From Candidatus Aminicenantes bacterium (GTDB lineage: Bacteria; Acidobacteriota; Aminicenantia; Aminicenantales; Saccharicenantaceae), in assembly GCA_041303965.1 (NCBI GenBank), contig JBFYOD010000165.1, positions 1 through 62,932 of the forward strand: DNA of 62,932 nt, given 5' to 3'. A program made the position numbers and the translations under genes. Shown here in pieces: positions 53,084 to 60,713 of this stretch. The first letter of the stretch is position 1. Each line of letters starts with the position of its first letter. The notes under the pieces were generated by a model. The model saw nothing but the letters and a program-made list of their open reading frames with translations. It was not told the DNA's origin and did not search any database.

Positions 53084-53634
53084 GAGGTCCCTCCTCGTTT
53101 TTCCCTCAGGACCTCGGCCAGCTGGATCCGCGCCCTGTTGACGCGCGATTTGACCGTCCCCAGGGGGAGGTGGAGGGTCTCGGCGACCTCCTCGTAGCTC
53201 CTGCCCTGCAGGTCCCTCAGGATGATGACCATCCGCATGTCCGCCGACAACCGATTGAGGCCCTCCCAGACGAGGGCCTTGGTCTCCTTCTCGACGAGGC
53301 TCGTTTCAGGGCCGTCGTGGGCGGGTTGGGCCAGGACGCGGTCGTCAAACTCGTCCCTCTGCGTCTTCTCCCACTTGGTCCGGCGGTACTCGTCGATGAG
53401 GTGGTTCTTGGCCAGGGTGAGCAGCCAGGCCGTGAAGTTCTTGCCGAAGTCGTATTTCGGCAGGGCGCCGTGAAGCTTGAGGAAGACGTCCTGGGTCCTG
53501 TCCTCGGCTTCCTGCCGGCTCCCGCAGAACTGATAGGCCATGTTAAAGATCCTCCTGGCGAACGTGTTCACCAGAGTTTCCCACGCTCCCTGGCTCCCGG
53601 CCAGGCATTCCCTGATGACTTCGTTCAAATCCAC
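53080..53634 (-). CDS. ECF RNA polymerase sigma factor
   Basis: AEDRTQDVF, FTAWLLTLAKN, SYEEVA, GTVKSRVNRAR. Confidence 0.93.
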   Translation of the reverse strand: MDLNEVIRECLAGSQGAWETLVNTFARRIFNMAYQFCGSRQEAEDRTQDVFLKLHGALPKYDFGKNFTAWLLTLAKNHLIDEYRRTKWEKTQRDEFDDRVLAQPAHDGPETSLVEKETKALVWEGLNRLSADMRMVIILRDLQGRSYEEVAETLHLPLGTVKSRVNRARIQLAEVLREKRGGTS

Positions 53635-53648
53635 TCAATTCACCCTGG

Positions 53649-53676
53649 TTGACGGAGTCGGATGGAGGAAAGTTCC
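53649..53676 (-). promoter_or_regulatory. ECF-type autoregulatory promoter
   Basis: GGAACT-N16-CGTCAA on the minus strand, directly upstream of the sigma gene. Confidence 0.65.
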
Positions 53677-53765
53677 ATTCCCGGCCCATTTTCCATCATT
53701 TCGGCCTATAATAATAGGGAGAAAACGAAACTTTCCTGGGGAAATCGAGGTTTTAGGATACGAGA

Positions 53766-54350
53766 ATGGACGAACAAGAGCTGATCCGGCGCGTCCAGGA
53801 CGGAGACGAGTGGGCGTTCGGCCAGATCATGGGTCTCTATAAGGACAAGATCGTGAATTATCTTTACCAATTCTCGGGCGACTATCAGAAAGCCTCCGAG
53901 CTGGCCCAGGAGACCTTCATCCGGGTCTATTTCAAGGCCGACAAATACCGGCCCATCGCCCCCCTGTCCTCCTGGATCTACACCATCGCCTCGAACCTGG
54001 CCAAGACGGAGTGCCGGAGGTCGAGGAAAATGGCGACGGTCTCTCTTGAAGATATTCCCAACAATTTCTCGAGCGGCACCTATTACGAGGACCCGGCCGA
54101 TCCCGGGCTCGTCCGCAACCTCCGCGAGGCCCTGGACGAGCTCCACCCCCGCTACCGCGTCCCGGTCGTCCTCAAGGACATGGAGGGCTTCTCCCAGGAG
54201 GAGATCGCCCGGATCATCAAGCGGCCGGTCGGGACCGTCAAGGCCCGGATCAGCCGCGGCCGGGAACAACTCAGGAAAAAGCTGGAAAAGGCCATGGACA
54301 GCGAGCCCTGTCCGGCCGAAAAAGAGGTGAGTGAACATGGAAGGGCATGA
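53766..54350 (+). CDS. ECF RNA polymerase sigma factor (second, divergent)
   Basis: ELAQETFIRVY, SSWIYTIASN, FSQEEIA, GTVKARISRGR. Confidence 0.93.
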   Translation: MDEQELIRRVQDGDEWAFGQIMGLYKDKIVNYLYQFSGDYQKASELAQETFIRVYFKADKYRPIAPLSSWIYTIASNLAKTECRRSRKMATVSLEDIPNNFSSGTYYEDPADPGLVRNLREALDELHPRYRVPVVLKDMEGFSQEEIARIIKRPVGTVKARISRGREQLRKKLEKAMDSEPCPAEKEVSEHGRA

Positions 54351-54705
54351 ACTTCTCGCCAAAATGAACAGGGTCGCGGCCCCCGCGGGCTTCGAAGAAG
54401 CCGTCATGGCCAGAATTGCGGCCGCCCGCAAGGAGCGGGCGCGCACCCGCCGGGCGAATTTCCGCTACGCGTTCGCCGGCTCGGCCGCCCTCGTCCTCAT
54501 CGGCTTCATCCTCCTCAACCCGTCCCTTTTCCAGAAGGAGTCCATTCTGACATACGCCGAGCGGGAGGCCCTGACCGCGCCCTCCATCCCCGTTTTCGAG
54601 ACCATGGACTACGCGTCCGAATTCCGTAACGCTCAATCCCAACCCCGCACGGTTTACATACTGGAGCAGGTTTCCGAGTCCGTATCTTCGGAAATCATTT
54701 ATTAG
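54337..54705 (+). CDS. Putative membrane anti-sigma factor
   Basis: AP-GFEEAVMARI followed by one TM; overlaps the sigma stop. Confidence 0.65.
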   Translation: MEGHELLAKMNRVAAPAGFEEAVMARIAAARKERARTRRANFRYAFAGSAALVLIGFILLNPSLFQKESILTYAEREALTAPSIPVFETMDYASEFRNAQSQPRTVYILEQVSESVSSEIIY

Positions 54706-54719
54706 GAGGTTATCACGCC

Positions 54720-56339
54720 ATGAACAGGATCATCAGACCGGCTCTCGTGATCATGGCTTCCCTGGCCGTCCTGGCCCCCTCTTTCGGGGTCGAAACGGCC
54801 GGGGCGAAGGGTATCGAACCCGACATCAAGGACGTCGCCAAAAGGGTCTTTCCTTCGGTCGTCCAGGTCGAGGTGCAGAACCATAGGCGCCGGGTGGCCA
54901 CCGGCGTCGTGGTCGAGAAGGGCGGCTACATCGTCACCACCGCCCTCATTTCCCCGCGCGAAGAAAAGATCACCATCACGACATCGGAAGGCAAGACCAT
55001 CAACGCCGAGTTCCTGGGCTTCGACACGGAGACTCAACTTGCCCTGCTCAGGGCCAAGGACGCGGGCCTGCCCGCCATCGCCCTCGGAAAGGCCGGGGAC
55101 CTGGCGCCGGGCTCCTGGGTTTGCGTCGTCGGTGTTTCGCCCGAACGGACCGCGACGGTGACCCAGGGCATCGTCAGCTCCGTCGCGGAGGATAAGCTGC
55201 GGCTCAACGTCTGGGTGACGCCCGGATCGAGCGGCGGCCCTGTGGTCGACGCCGACGGCCGCATGGTGGGGCTCCTCCGCGGCATCTACATGGAGGAGAA
55301 ACCCGTCGTCTTCCAGTTCAGGGACAGGGAGCAGTCGGGCTCCGGAGTCGTCTTCAACAGCCGGGCCGAGGCCCCGTCCTCGGGCATGGCACTGGCCGTT
55401 CCCGTGGACGTCGTCAAGGACATCAGCGCCCAGATCAAGGACAAGGGTAAAGTCGAACGGGGCTGGCTGGGAGTGGGGATCGGCCAGAAAGAGAACGGCC
55501 AGACCGAGATCGGCGCGATCGATCCGGACAGCCCGGCCGAACTGGCCAAGCTCCAGACCGGCGACGTCGTCCTCAAGATAGGGGATAAGGACATCTCCAG
55601 CCCCGACGTGCTTGCCGCCGAGATCCGGAAGAGGAAGCCGGGCCAGGACGTCACCTTGAAGATCGAGCGGGACGGTAAGCCCATGGACGTCAAGGTCAAG
55701 CTGGGGGAATACGCAGAAAACGATGCCCTGAAGGAGATGGAGATCCGCTTCCCCGGGTTCTTCGGGCCGGATGCGCCGATGCCCGGCGCGGTGCCCAAGT
55801 CGGTTTCTCCTGATAAGGCCCCCAGGCAGGGCGCGCCGCGCCCGCTCGTCCCTGCGACGCCCGAGTGGTCCTTTGAGACGCGGAAATTCATCGGCGTCTA
55901 TTGCGGCGAGCTCAACCGCGAGCTGGCCGAGCATTTCGGGGTCAAGGAGGGGACGGGTCTCATCGTTTCCAAGCTGACCGAGGGCGGCCCCGCGGAAAAG
56001 GCCAAGCTTAAAGTTGGGGACATCATCATCATGGTGGACGGCAAGCGCGTGGAGAGCGCGAACGACCTCATCGACCTCGTCCAGGCCAAGGAGAAAGGGA
56101 CCAAGATCAAGCTCGAGATCCTCAGGGACAAGAAGGCCATGACCATCGACGTCGAGGTCTCCGAAGAGGAGAGCGGGGGGCTCTTCGACTCCGGGAACTT
56201 CCAGGGCTTTCTCGAATCCTGGCAGGGATACACCGACGCTTTCAAGACCGAGCTCAAGAAATGGCAGTCCGAGGGGATGCCCGAGCTCCGGCAGAACATA
56301 AGGAAGATCGGTCCAAAGGGGCTTTTGAAAAGGATCTGA
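54720..56339 (+). CDS. HtrA/DegP-like protein with two PDZ domains, degenerate catalytic triad
   Basis: Signal peptide; ATGVVV, GYIVTTALI, DTETQLALL, PGSSGGP; two PDZ units. Confidence 0.85.
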   Translation: MNRIIRPALVIMASLAVLAPSFGVETAGAKGIEPDIKDVAKRVFPSVVQVEVQNHRRRVATGVVVEKGGYIVTTALISPREEKITITTSEGKTINAEFLGFDTETQLALLRAKDAGLPAIALGKAGDLAPGSWVCVVGVSPERTATVTQGIVSSVAEDKLRLNVWVTPGSSGGPVVDADGRMVGLLRGIYMEEKPVVFQFRDREQSGSGVVFNSRAEAPSSGMALAVPVDVVKDISAQIKDKGKVERGWLGVGIGQKENGQTEIGAIDPDSPAELAKLQTGDVVLKIGDKDISSPDVLAAEIRKRKPGQDVTLKIERDGKPMDVKVKLGEYAENDALKEMEIRFPGFFGPDAPMPGAVPKSVSPDKAPRQGAPRPLVPATPEWSFETRKFIGVYCGELNRELAEHFGVKEGTGLIVSKLTEGGPAEKAKLKVGDIIIMVDGKRVESANDLIDLVQAKEKGTKIKLEILRDKKAMTIDVEVSEEESGGLFDSGNFQGFLESWQGYTDAFKTELKKWQSEGMPELRQNIRKIGPKGLLKRI

Positions 56340-56365
56340 GAGACCTGCTCCCGTCTCTTTTTTTC

Positions 56366-56405
56366 GGGGACATGCTCCGCTTCAAGAGAAGCGGTGCGTG
56401 TCCCC
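56366..56405. repeat. GGGGAC...GTCCCC 40-bp hairpin, copy 1
   Basis: 37/40 identical to 57063-57102. Confidence 0.8.
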
Positions 56406-56422
56406 CTTCTTAACTTCTAGGC

Positions 56423-57013
56423 CTAGTCAGCAGGCAGGTTAAGCCATTTTTTCTTCAGCCGCTCGAACTCCTCGGCTGGGAGCTGCGTTTTGTCGAAATA
56501 GCCTTTCGCGGCTCTTTGCCTCAGGGCTTCGTAGAGGATGACCGCGACCGAGACCGACAGGTTGAGGCTCTGGACCATGCCCAGCATGGGGATGCGGACG
56601 ACCTTGTCGGCGAAGGCTAGGGCTCCCTCCGAAATGCCCGCGGCCTCGCTGCCGAAGACAAGGGCGATCGGCTTGGCGAAATCGACGTCCGTGTAGGGGA
56701 CGCCGTCTTTCCGGAGATGAGTGGCGACGATCTCGAAGCCCGCCTTCTTCAAGGGCTCAAGACACTCGGCCGGCGTCGGGTGGACGGCGATCTCGAGCCA
56801 CTTGTCGGCTCGGGTCGAGATGGCCTCATTGAAACGGAGGAGCTCCGGGTTGGGCGAAACGAGGTCGAGATGGAGGATGCCCGCCGCGTCGCAGGTCCGG
56901 ATGACGGCGCTGGCGTTGTGGGCGATGGTCACGCCTTCGAGCACGACGCGCAAGTCGGGCTGGCGCAACGATAGGACACGGGTGACCTTCTCGATCCTCT
57001 CGGGCGTCGGCAT
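56423..57013 (-). CDS. trmH: tRNA (guanosine-2'-O)-methyltransferase, TrmH/SpoU family
   Basis: RQPDLRVVLEGV..AHNASAVIRTCDA, ALVFGSE..GIS, IPMLGMVQSLNLSV. Confidence 0.92.
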   Translation of the reverse strand: MPTPERIEKVTRVLSLRQPDLRVVLEGVTIAHNASAVIRTCDAAGILHLDLVSPNPELLRFNEAISTRADKWLEIAVHPTPAECLEPLKKAGFEIVATHLRKDGVPYTDVDFAKPIALVFGSEAAGISEGALAFADKVVRIPMLGMVQSLNLSVSVAVILYEALRQRAAKGYFDKTQLPAEEFERLKKKWLNLPAD

Positions 57014-57062
57014 GTCGGAACTATATCAGACCGGCCGGGGGATAGGCAACGGACAGGAAATC

Positions 57063-57102
57063 GGGGACATGCCCCGCTTCAAGAGAAGCGGGGCATGTCC
57101 CC
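57063..57102. repeat. GGGGAC...GTCCCC 40-bp hairpin, copy 2
   Basis: Perfect 18-bp stem with AAGA loop. Confidence 0.85.
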
Positions 57103-57174
57103 AGATTTCCGTCCCCAGATTTCCGGCTTTAAATTGAACGATCGTATATGCCTCTTTAGGGGGGCCGACGCGCC

Positions 57175-57203
57175 TTGTAAATCGCTGCGACTTCCCTTAT
57201 AGT
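57175..57203 (+). promoter_or_regulatory. tRNA-Leu promoter
   Basis: TTGTAA-N17-TATAGT. Confidence 0.55.
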
Positions 57204-57213
57204 TATTGGCCGT

Positions 57214-57302
57214 GCCGGTGTGGCGGAACTGGCAGACGCGCGGGACTCAAAATCCCGTGCCCTTTGCGGGGCGTGTGGGTTCGATTCCCTCCACCGGCAC
57301 CA
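57214..57302 (+). tRNA. tRNA-Leu(CAA)
   Basis: GCCGGTG/CACCGGC acceptor; CGGGA-CTCAAAA-TCCCG; long variable arm; CCA end. Confidence 0.96.
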
Positions 57303-58296
57303 CCAATATCAACAACTTAGACCTCAGATAGAGGTCTGCTTTGCTGAGGGGTCAAGGGAGCCAAAAGGAGCCAAAAACAGCCGTTTTCAGCCACCAACAC
57401 GAAAGGTGACACGAAAGGTGGTTGGAAGCCGAAAGGGCCGGATACCCTGACGCTTTCCTTTTGACAGACCAGATCATTCGGACTTTTAACTAGCGGTTCC
57501 CCGGCTTCTTATCTATTTTTGGGCGGCGAGGCGCGTTATTTCCACGGTAATTTGCGTGTTCTTGACGTATCGGACTCCCCTCACGCTTCCTCTCACGCAA
57601 AATTCTAAGTCGAAACCAGTGTTCATCAAACGGTTGATAATTCGGATCGCCTCGTTTTGAGGGACAGCCTCATTGTTTGCTGTATAGAGGACATCAAATC
57701 CTGAAGTCCAGCCAGTGAGATAGGTGTTTCTTTCCATCCTGATTTTCGAAGTGCGAGTGAACCTGTTTTGTCCGGTCGAGACGCCGGCTAAATTGACATC
57801 CGCGATTTCCGTCCCAGCCCCCCCCGTGCTGACCGATATGCCCGCCGGGATTACGGGGGACTTGACGGCTAAATTTAGGCCGGTGTTAAAAATCCGATAG
57901 GCGCCAGGACCCCAAGACCACCAGTACTGTCCCGTGAATTCGAAGAAAACGGCATCGCTTAAAGGGGAGGGGGGAACATGAACTGTCAATTGAGGGCTTG
58001 AAACAAAGTCCTCCAAATTGCCCTGATCCGCGGGTACATACGTGTATCCGTTAACTGGATCGAACCCCCCCGCAGTTAGGACGTACTCAATCAGCTTGGG
58101 TTTTTGCTGCTGAGCTAGGACTAGGGTTGAGATAAGAACTACGCCAAGAAGGGACACCAATACACGAATGCAATTTTTCATTTGATCCTCCTTGATTTGT
58201 ATCCTAATTGTAATGTCAGATAGAAATCAAGTGGAACTTTTCTGGGAGGACCATTGCCCGAGCACTGCCCCGAAAAAGACTCCGTTCTGAAGGCCA
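57246..58296. mobile_element. Integrase-less mini-island 1 at tRNA-Leu (about 1.05 kb)
   Basis: Lies between the anticodon loop and the first displaced tRNA 3' half; IHF consensus at 57307-57319; tandem repeats 57357-57376 and 57397-57420; visibly A/T-richer. Confidence 0.7.
57513..58181 (-). CDS. Secreted hypothetical protein (island cargo)
   Basis: RBS AAGGAGG; signal peptide; atypical codon usage. Confidence 0.75.
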   Translation of the reverse strand: MKNCIRVLVSLLGVVLISTLVLAQQQKPKLIEYVLTAGGFDPVNGYTYVPADQGNLEDFVSSPQLTVHVPPSPLSDAVFFEFTGQYWWSWGPGAYRIFNTGLNLAVKSPVIPAGISVSTGGAGTEIADVNLAGVSTGQNRFTRTSKIRMERNTYLTGWTSGFDVLYTANNEAVPQNEAIRIINRLMNTGFDLEFCVRGSVRGVRYVKNTQITVEITRLAAQK

Positions 58297-58351
58297 TTAA
58301 AAATCCCGTGTCTAGCAATAGGCATGTGGGTTCGATTCCCTCCACCGGCAC
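58297..58351 (+). repeat. Displaced tRNA-Leu 3' half (att junction 2)
   Basis: Runs from the anticodon loop through the acceptor; 26-bp block identical to the tRNA; its own variable arm TGTCTA-GCAA-TAGGCA. Confidence 0.9.
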
Positions 58352-58577
58352 GCCTTATTTCCCTGGGATGTCAGCGATTTACGATGAGCCCTGACCCTCT
58401 CATCGCCTTCCGTCCGAAACCGTAATTTCACTGCGCTTTCAGCCTATTTTGTCACGCCACCGTCACACGGCGAGAGGCCTGCCTTCTTGCCCGGCGAATC
58501 GTCCTACCACTTGAATTAATATTGTATTTCAACAGTGCCTTAGGTTAAACTACGGACAGTTTAATAGGAGGGGAAGA

Positions 58578-59117
58578 ATGAAAAAGTATTTCTATGTGGT
58601 CCCGTTGGTCCTTGTGTTCTGTTTCACCATTGCCTGTCAGGACAAAGCGGCGATGGCCGAGCTGGAGAAGTATAAGGCACAGGCGAAGGTCGAACAGCAG
58701 AATAAAGAGATAGTCCGCAATTTCTTTGCGGCCATAGACAAGAACGATTTCGGCAAACTCAAAGAGCTTTCATCCGATGATTTTTCACTTAAGGCTCCCG
58801 GTCTAGCTGAACCGTGGGGCTTCGACGGGATTATTCAAGCCATCAAAGCCCATTATGCTTCATTCCCGGATTGGAAGCATGCGATTGAAGACATGGTGGC
58901 CGAAGGCGATATCGTGGCAGTTAAACTCGTTCAAAATGGGACTCACGAAGCTCCATATGAGGGAATCCTCCCGACTGAAAAAAATGTGACAATGCCAGCT
59001 CAATGTCTACTTGTAGTTTTAAACGGGAAAGTCAAGGAATTTTGGGTTGTTGAGGACTATCTTGGTTTTTATCAACAGCTCGGCATGGAGCTAAAGCCGG
59101 TAGAGGCGAAGAAATAG
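58578..59117 (+). CDS. SnoaL-like ester cyclase family lipoprotein
   Basis: Signal ending IAC; QNKEIVRNFF, FPDW...IEDMVAEGD.V...GTH. Confidence 0.85.
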   Translation: MKKYFYVVPLVLVFCFTIACQDKAAMAELEKYKAQAKVEQQNKEIVRNFFAAIDKNDFGKLKELSSDDFSLKAPGLAEPWGFDGIIQAIKAHYASFPDWKHAIEDMVAEGDIVAVKLVQNGTHEAPYEGILPTEKNVTMPAQCLLVVLNGKVKEFWVVEDYLGFYQQLGMELKPVEAKK

Positions 59118-59148
59118 AATTCGGCACGAGCTATGAAGGAGGGGGAAA

Positions 59149-59691
59149 ATGAAGAAGTGTCTTTGTGCCGTTCCGCTCGTTCTCCTGCTTTGCTTCTCAT
59201 TCGCCTGTCAGGACAAGGCGGCAAAGGCGAAGCTGGAAATAAATAATGCCCAGGCGAAGGTTGAGGAACAGAATAAGGTTCTTTTAGGCCGGATGTGGGA
59301 AATGTGGAATAAAGGAAACTTTGAGGCGTGGAAGCAAGTGCATGCCGATGAGTATGTGTATTACTCGCCATCAAATAGCACAAAGGGCTTATCCAGAGAG
59401 GAAACAATTGAAATGGGGAAGGCATTTTTCAAGAGCTTCCCTGATGCCACGACGAGCATTGAAGAACTGATTGCCGATGGGGACAAGGTTGTCACGAGGT
59501 GGATATTGAGGGGGACTCATAAGGGAGAATTTTCGGGAATCTCTGCAACTGGGAATAAGGTCGAAAATAGCGGCATTATGATTACTCGAATTGAAAATGG
59601 AAAAATTGTCGAGGATAAAGAAGATTATGATACCCTTGGCATGATGCAACAACTCGGCATGGGGCTCAAGCCGATAGAAGCGAAGAAATAG
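59149..59691 (+). CDS. SnoaL-like ester cyclase family lipoprotein (tandem paralog)
   Basis: Signal ending FAC; FPD...IEELIADGDKVVTRW...GTHKGEF.GI.ATG. Confidence 0.88.
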   Translation: MKKCLCAVPLVLLLCFSFACQDKAAKAKLEINNAQAKVEEQNKVLLGRMWEMWNKGNFEAWKQVHADEYVYYSPSNSTKGLSREETIEMGKAFFKSFPDATTSIEELIADGDKVVTRWILRGTHKGEFSGISATGNKVENSGIMITRIENGKIVEDKEDYDTLGMMQQLGMGLKPIEAKK

Positions 59692-59770
59692 AATTCGCCT
59701 GTAGGAATCACGAGCGAGGGACGTTTTGCGACGTTCCCAACCGAATTGTTGCCGAAGGGAGACCCTGGCC

Positions 59771-59827
59771 CTCATAATCCCGTTCGGGGCAACTCGAGCG
59801 TGGGTTCGATTCCCTCCACCGGCACCA
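59771..59827 (+). repeat. Displaced tRNA-Leu 3' half (distal att, probable native half)
   Basis: CTCATAA-TCCCG; variable arm TTCGGG-GCAA-CTCGAG; identical T arm and acceptor; ends CCA; host-like GC sequence resumes after it. Confidence 0.9.
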
Positions 59828-59943
59828 GGATCCTTTCCCCTAAATATGGCCAGGCGGCGTCTGGGCGGGCACTCGTTTCTGCCCCCTTGACATCGGTTTC
59901 CGATCGGCGTGTAATTTCCTCTGTAGCCAAAAGGAGGGGATCC

Positions 59944-60526
59944 ATGACGCAGCCTTCGTTAAGGACCGTCCTGATCGTGGGACTCATGGCCTTTTTCGTG
60001 GGGGCGAGCGCCGCTTGCCGAGGCGAGAGGACATACACGGTCGAGGTCAAGGACGGAGTCCGGTACGTCCACAACCTCAAACCGGTTTCCGAAAAACCCG
60101 TGGCGGACCTCTCCTTTGTCCGGAAGATCGGCGAGCTCGAGTCGAAGGACCCCGATTTTCAATTCGCGAGACCCGATGATGGTCGATTTCGGCGATCCGG
60201 ACAGGCTGGTCGTGTCTACGATGTCTTCGGAGTTCCATGTTTTCGATCATGACGGTATGTACGTCGATCGGTTCCGCCTGCCCCCATACCGGGGAATAAG
60301 TCCGGCCATCCTGAGCTCCGACAGGCTCGTCGCCTATGCGTTCCAGATGAATGGCGAGAACAGCCGGGACAACCATGTTCTGGCCATCTTTGATTTCAAA
60401 GGCGGCATCCCGGGCGAGGTCGTTAAATTCGACAACATGACCATGCACGGCGACCATGTCTTTTTTGTCGATCCCTTCGACCAGGCCTGCGTGTACGAAT
60501 ACACGGTTGTCGACAACCGAGATTGA
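59944..60526 (+). pseudogene. Fragmented beta-propeller lipoprotein gene
   Basis: N-terminus (signal ..AAC, VEVKDGVRYVHN) in one frame and propeller-like remainder in another frame; far shorter than the 380-aa relative at 37987. Confidence 0.65.
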
Positions 60527-60713
60527 GATCAGCCGTTTGGCCGGCGGGCACTGAAGGGGAATCGAATGGGTTGATTGACGCTTTCCGGAGTCGGTGCTAT
60601 CCTTTGATCAAGGCTCCGGTTAGGGGAGAAACGTTGCGAATTCTCCCTTCAGACGGATAATAAGAGCCATGATCCGACTAAACAGTAAGAAGTTGCCTTT
60701 CAAAGGAGGTCCC

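Larger units (their letters stand above)
58297..59770. mobile_element. Integrase-less mini-island 2 at tRNA-Leu (about 1.47 kb)
   Basis: Bounded by two tRNA 3' halves; GTCAC repeats with 11-bp period at 58451/58462; A/T-rich cargo. Confidence 0.7.

Noticed and set aside
58232-58260. GGAACTT as an ECF promoter inside the island
   Set aside because: No matching -10 element at 16-17 bp and no gene directly downstream.
57303-59770. Prophage or autonomous integrative element
   Set aside because: No integrase, replication, capsid or conjugation genes in either unit.
59746-60252. 168-aa ORF starting across the distal att site
   Set aside because: The upstream part translates the tRNA fragment; the real start is 59944 and the gene is broken.
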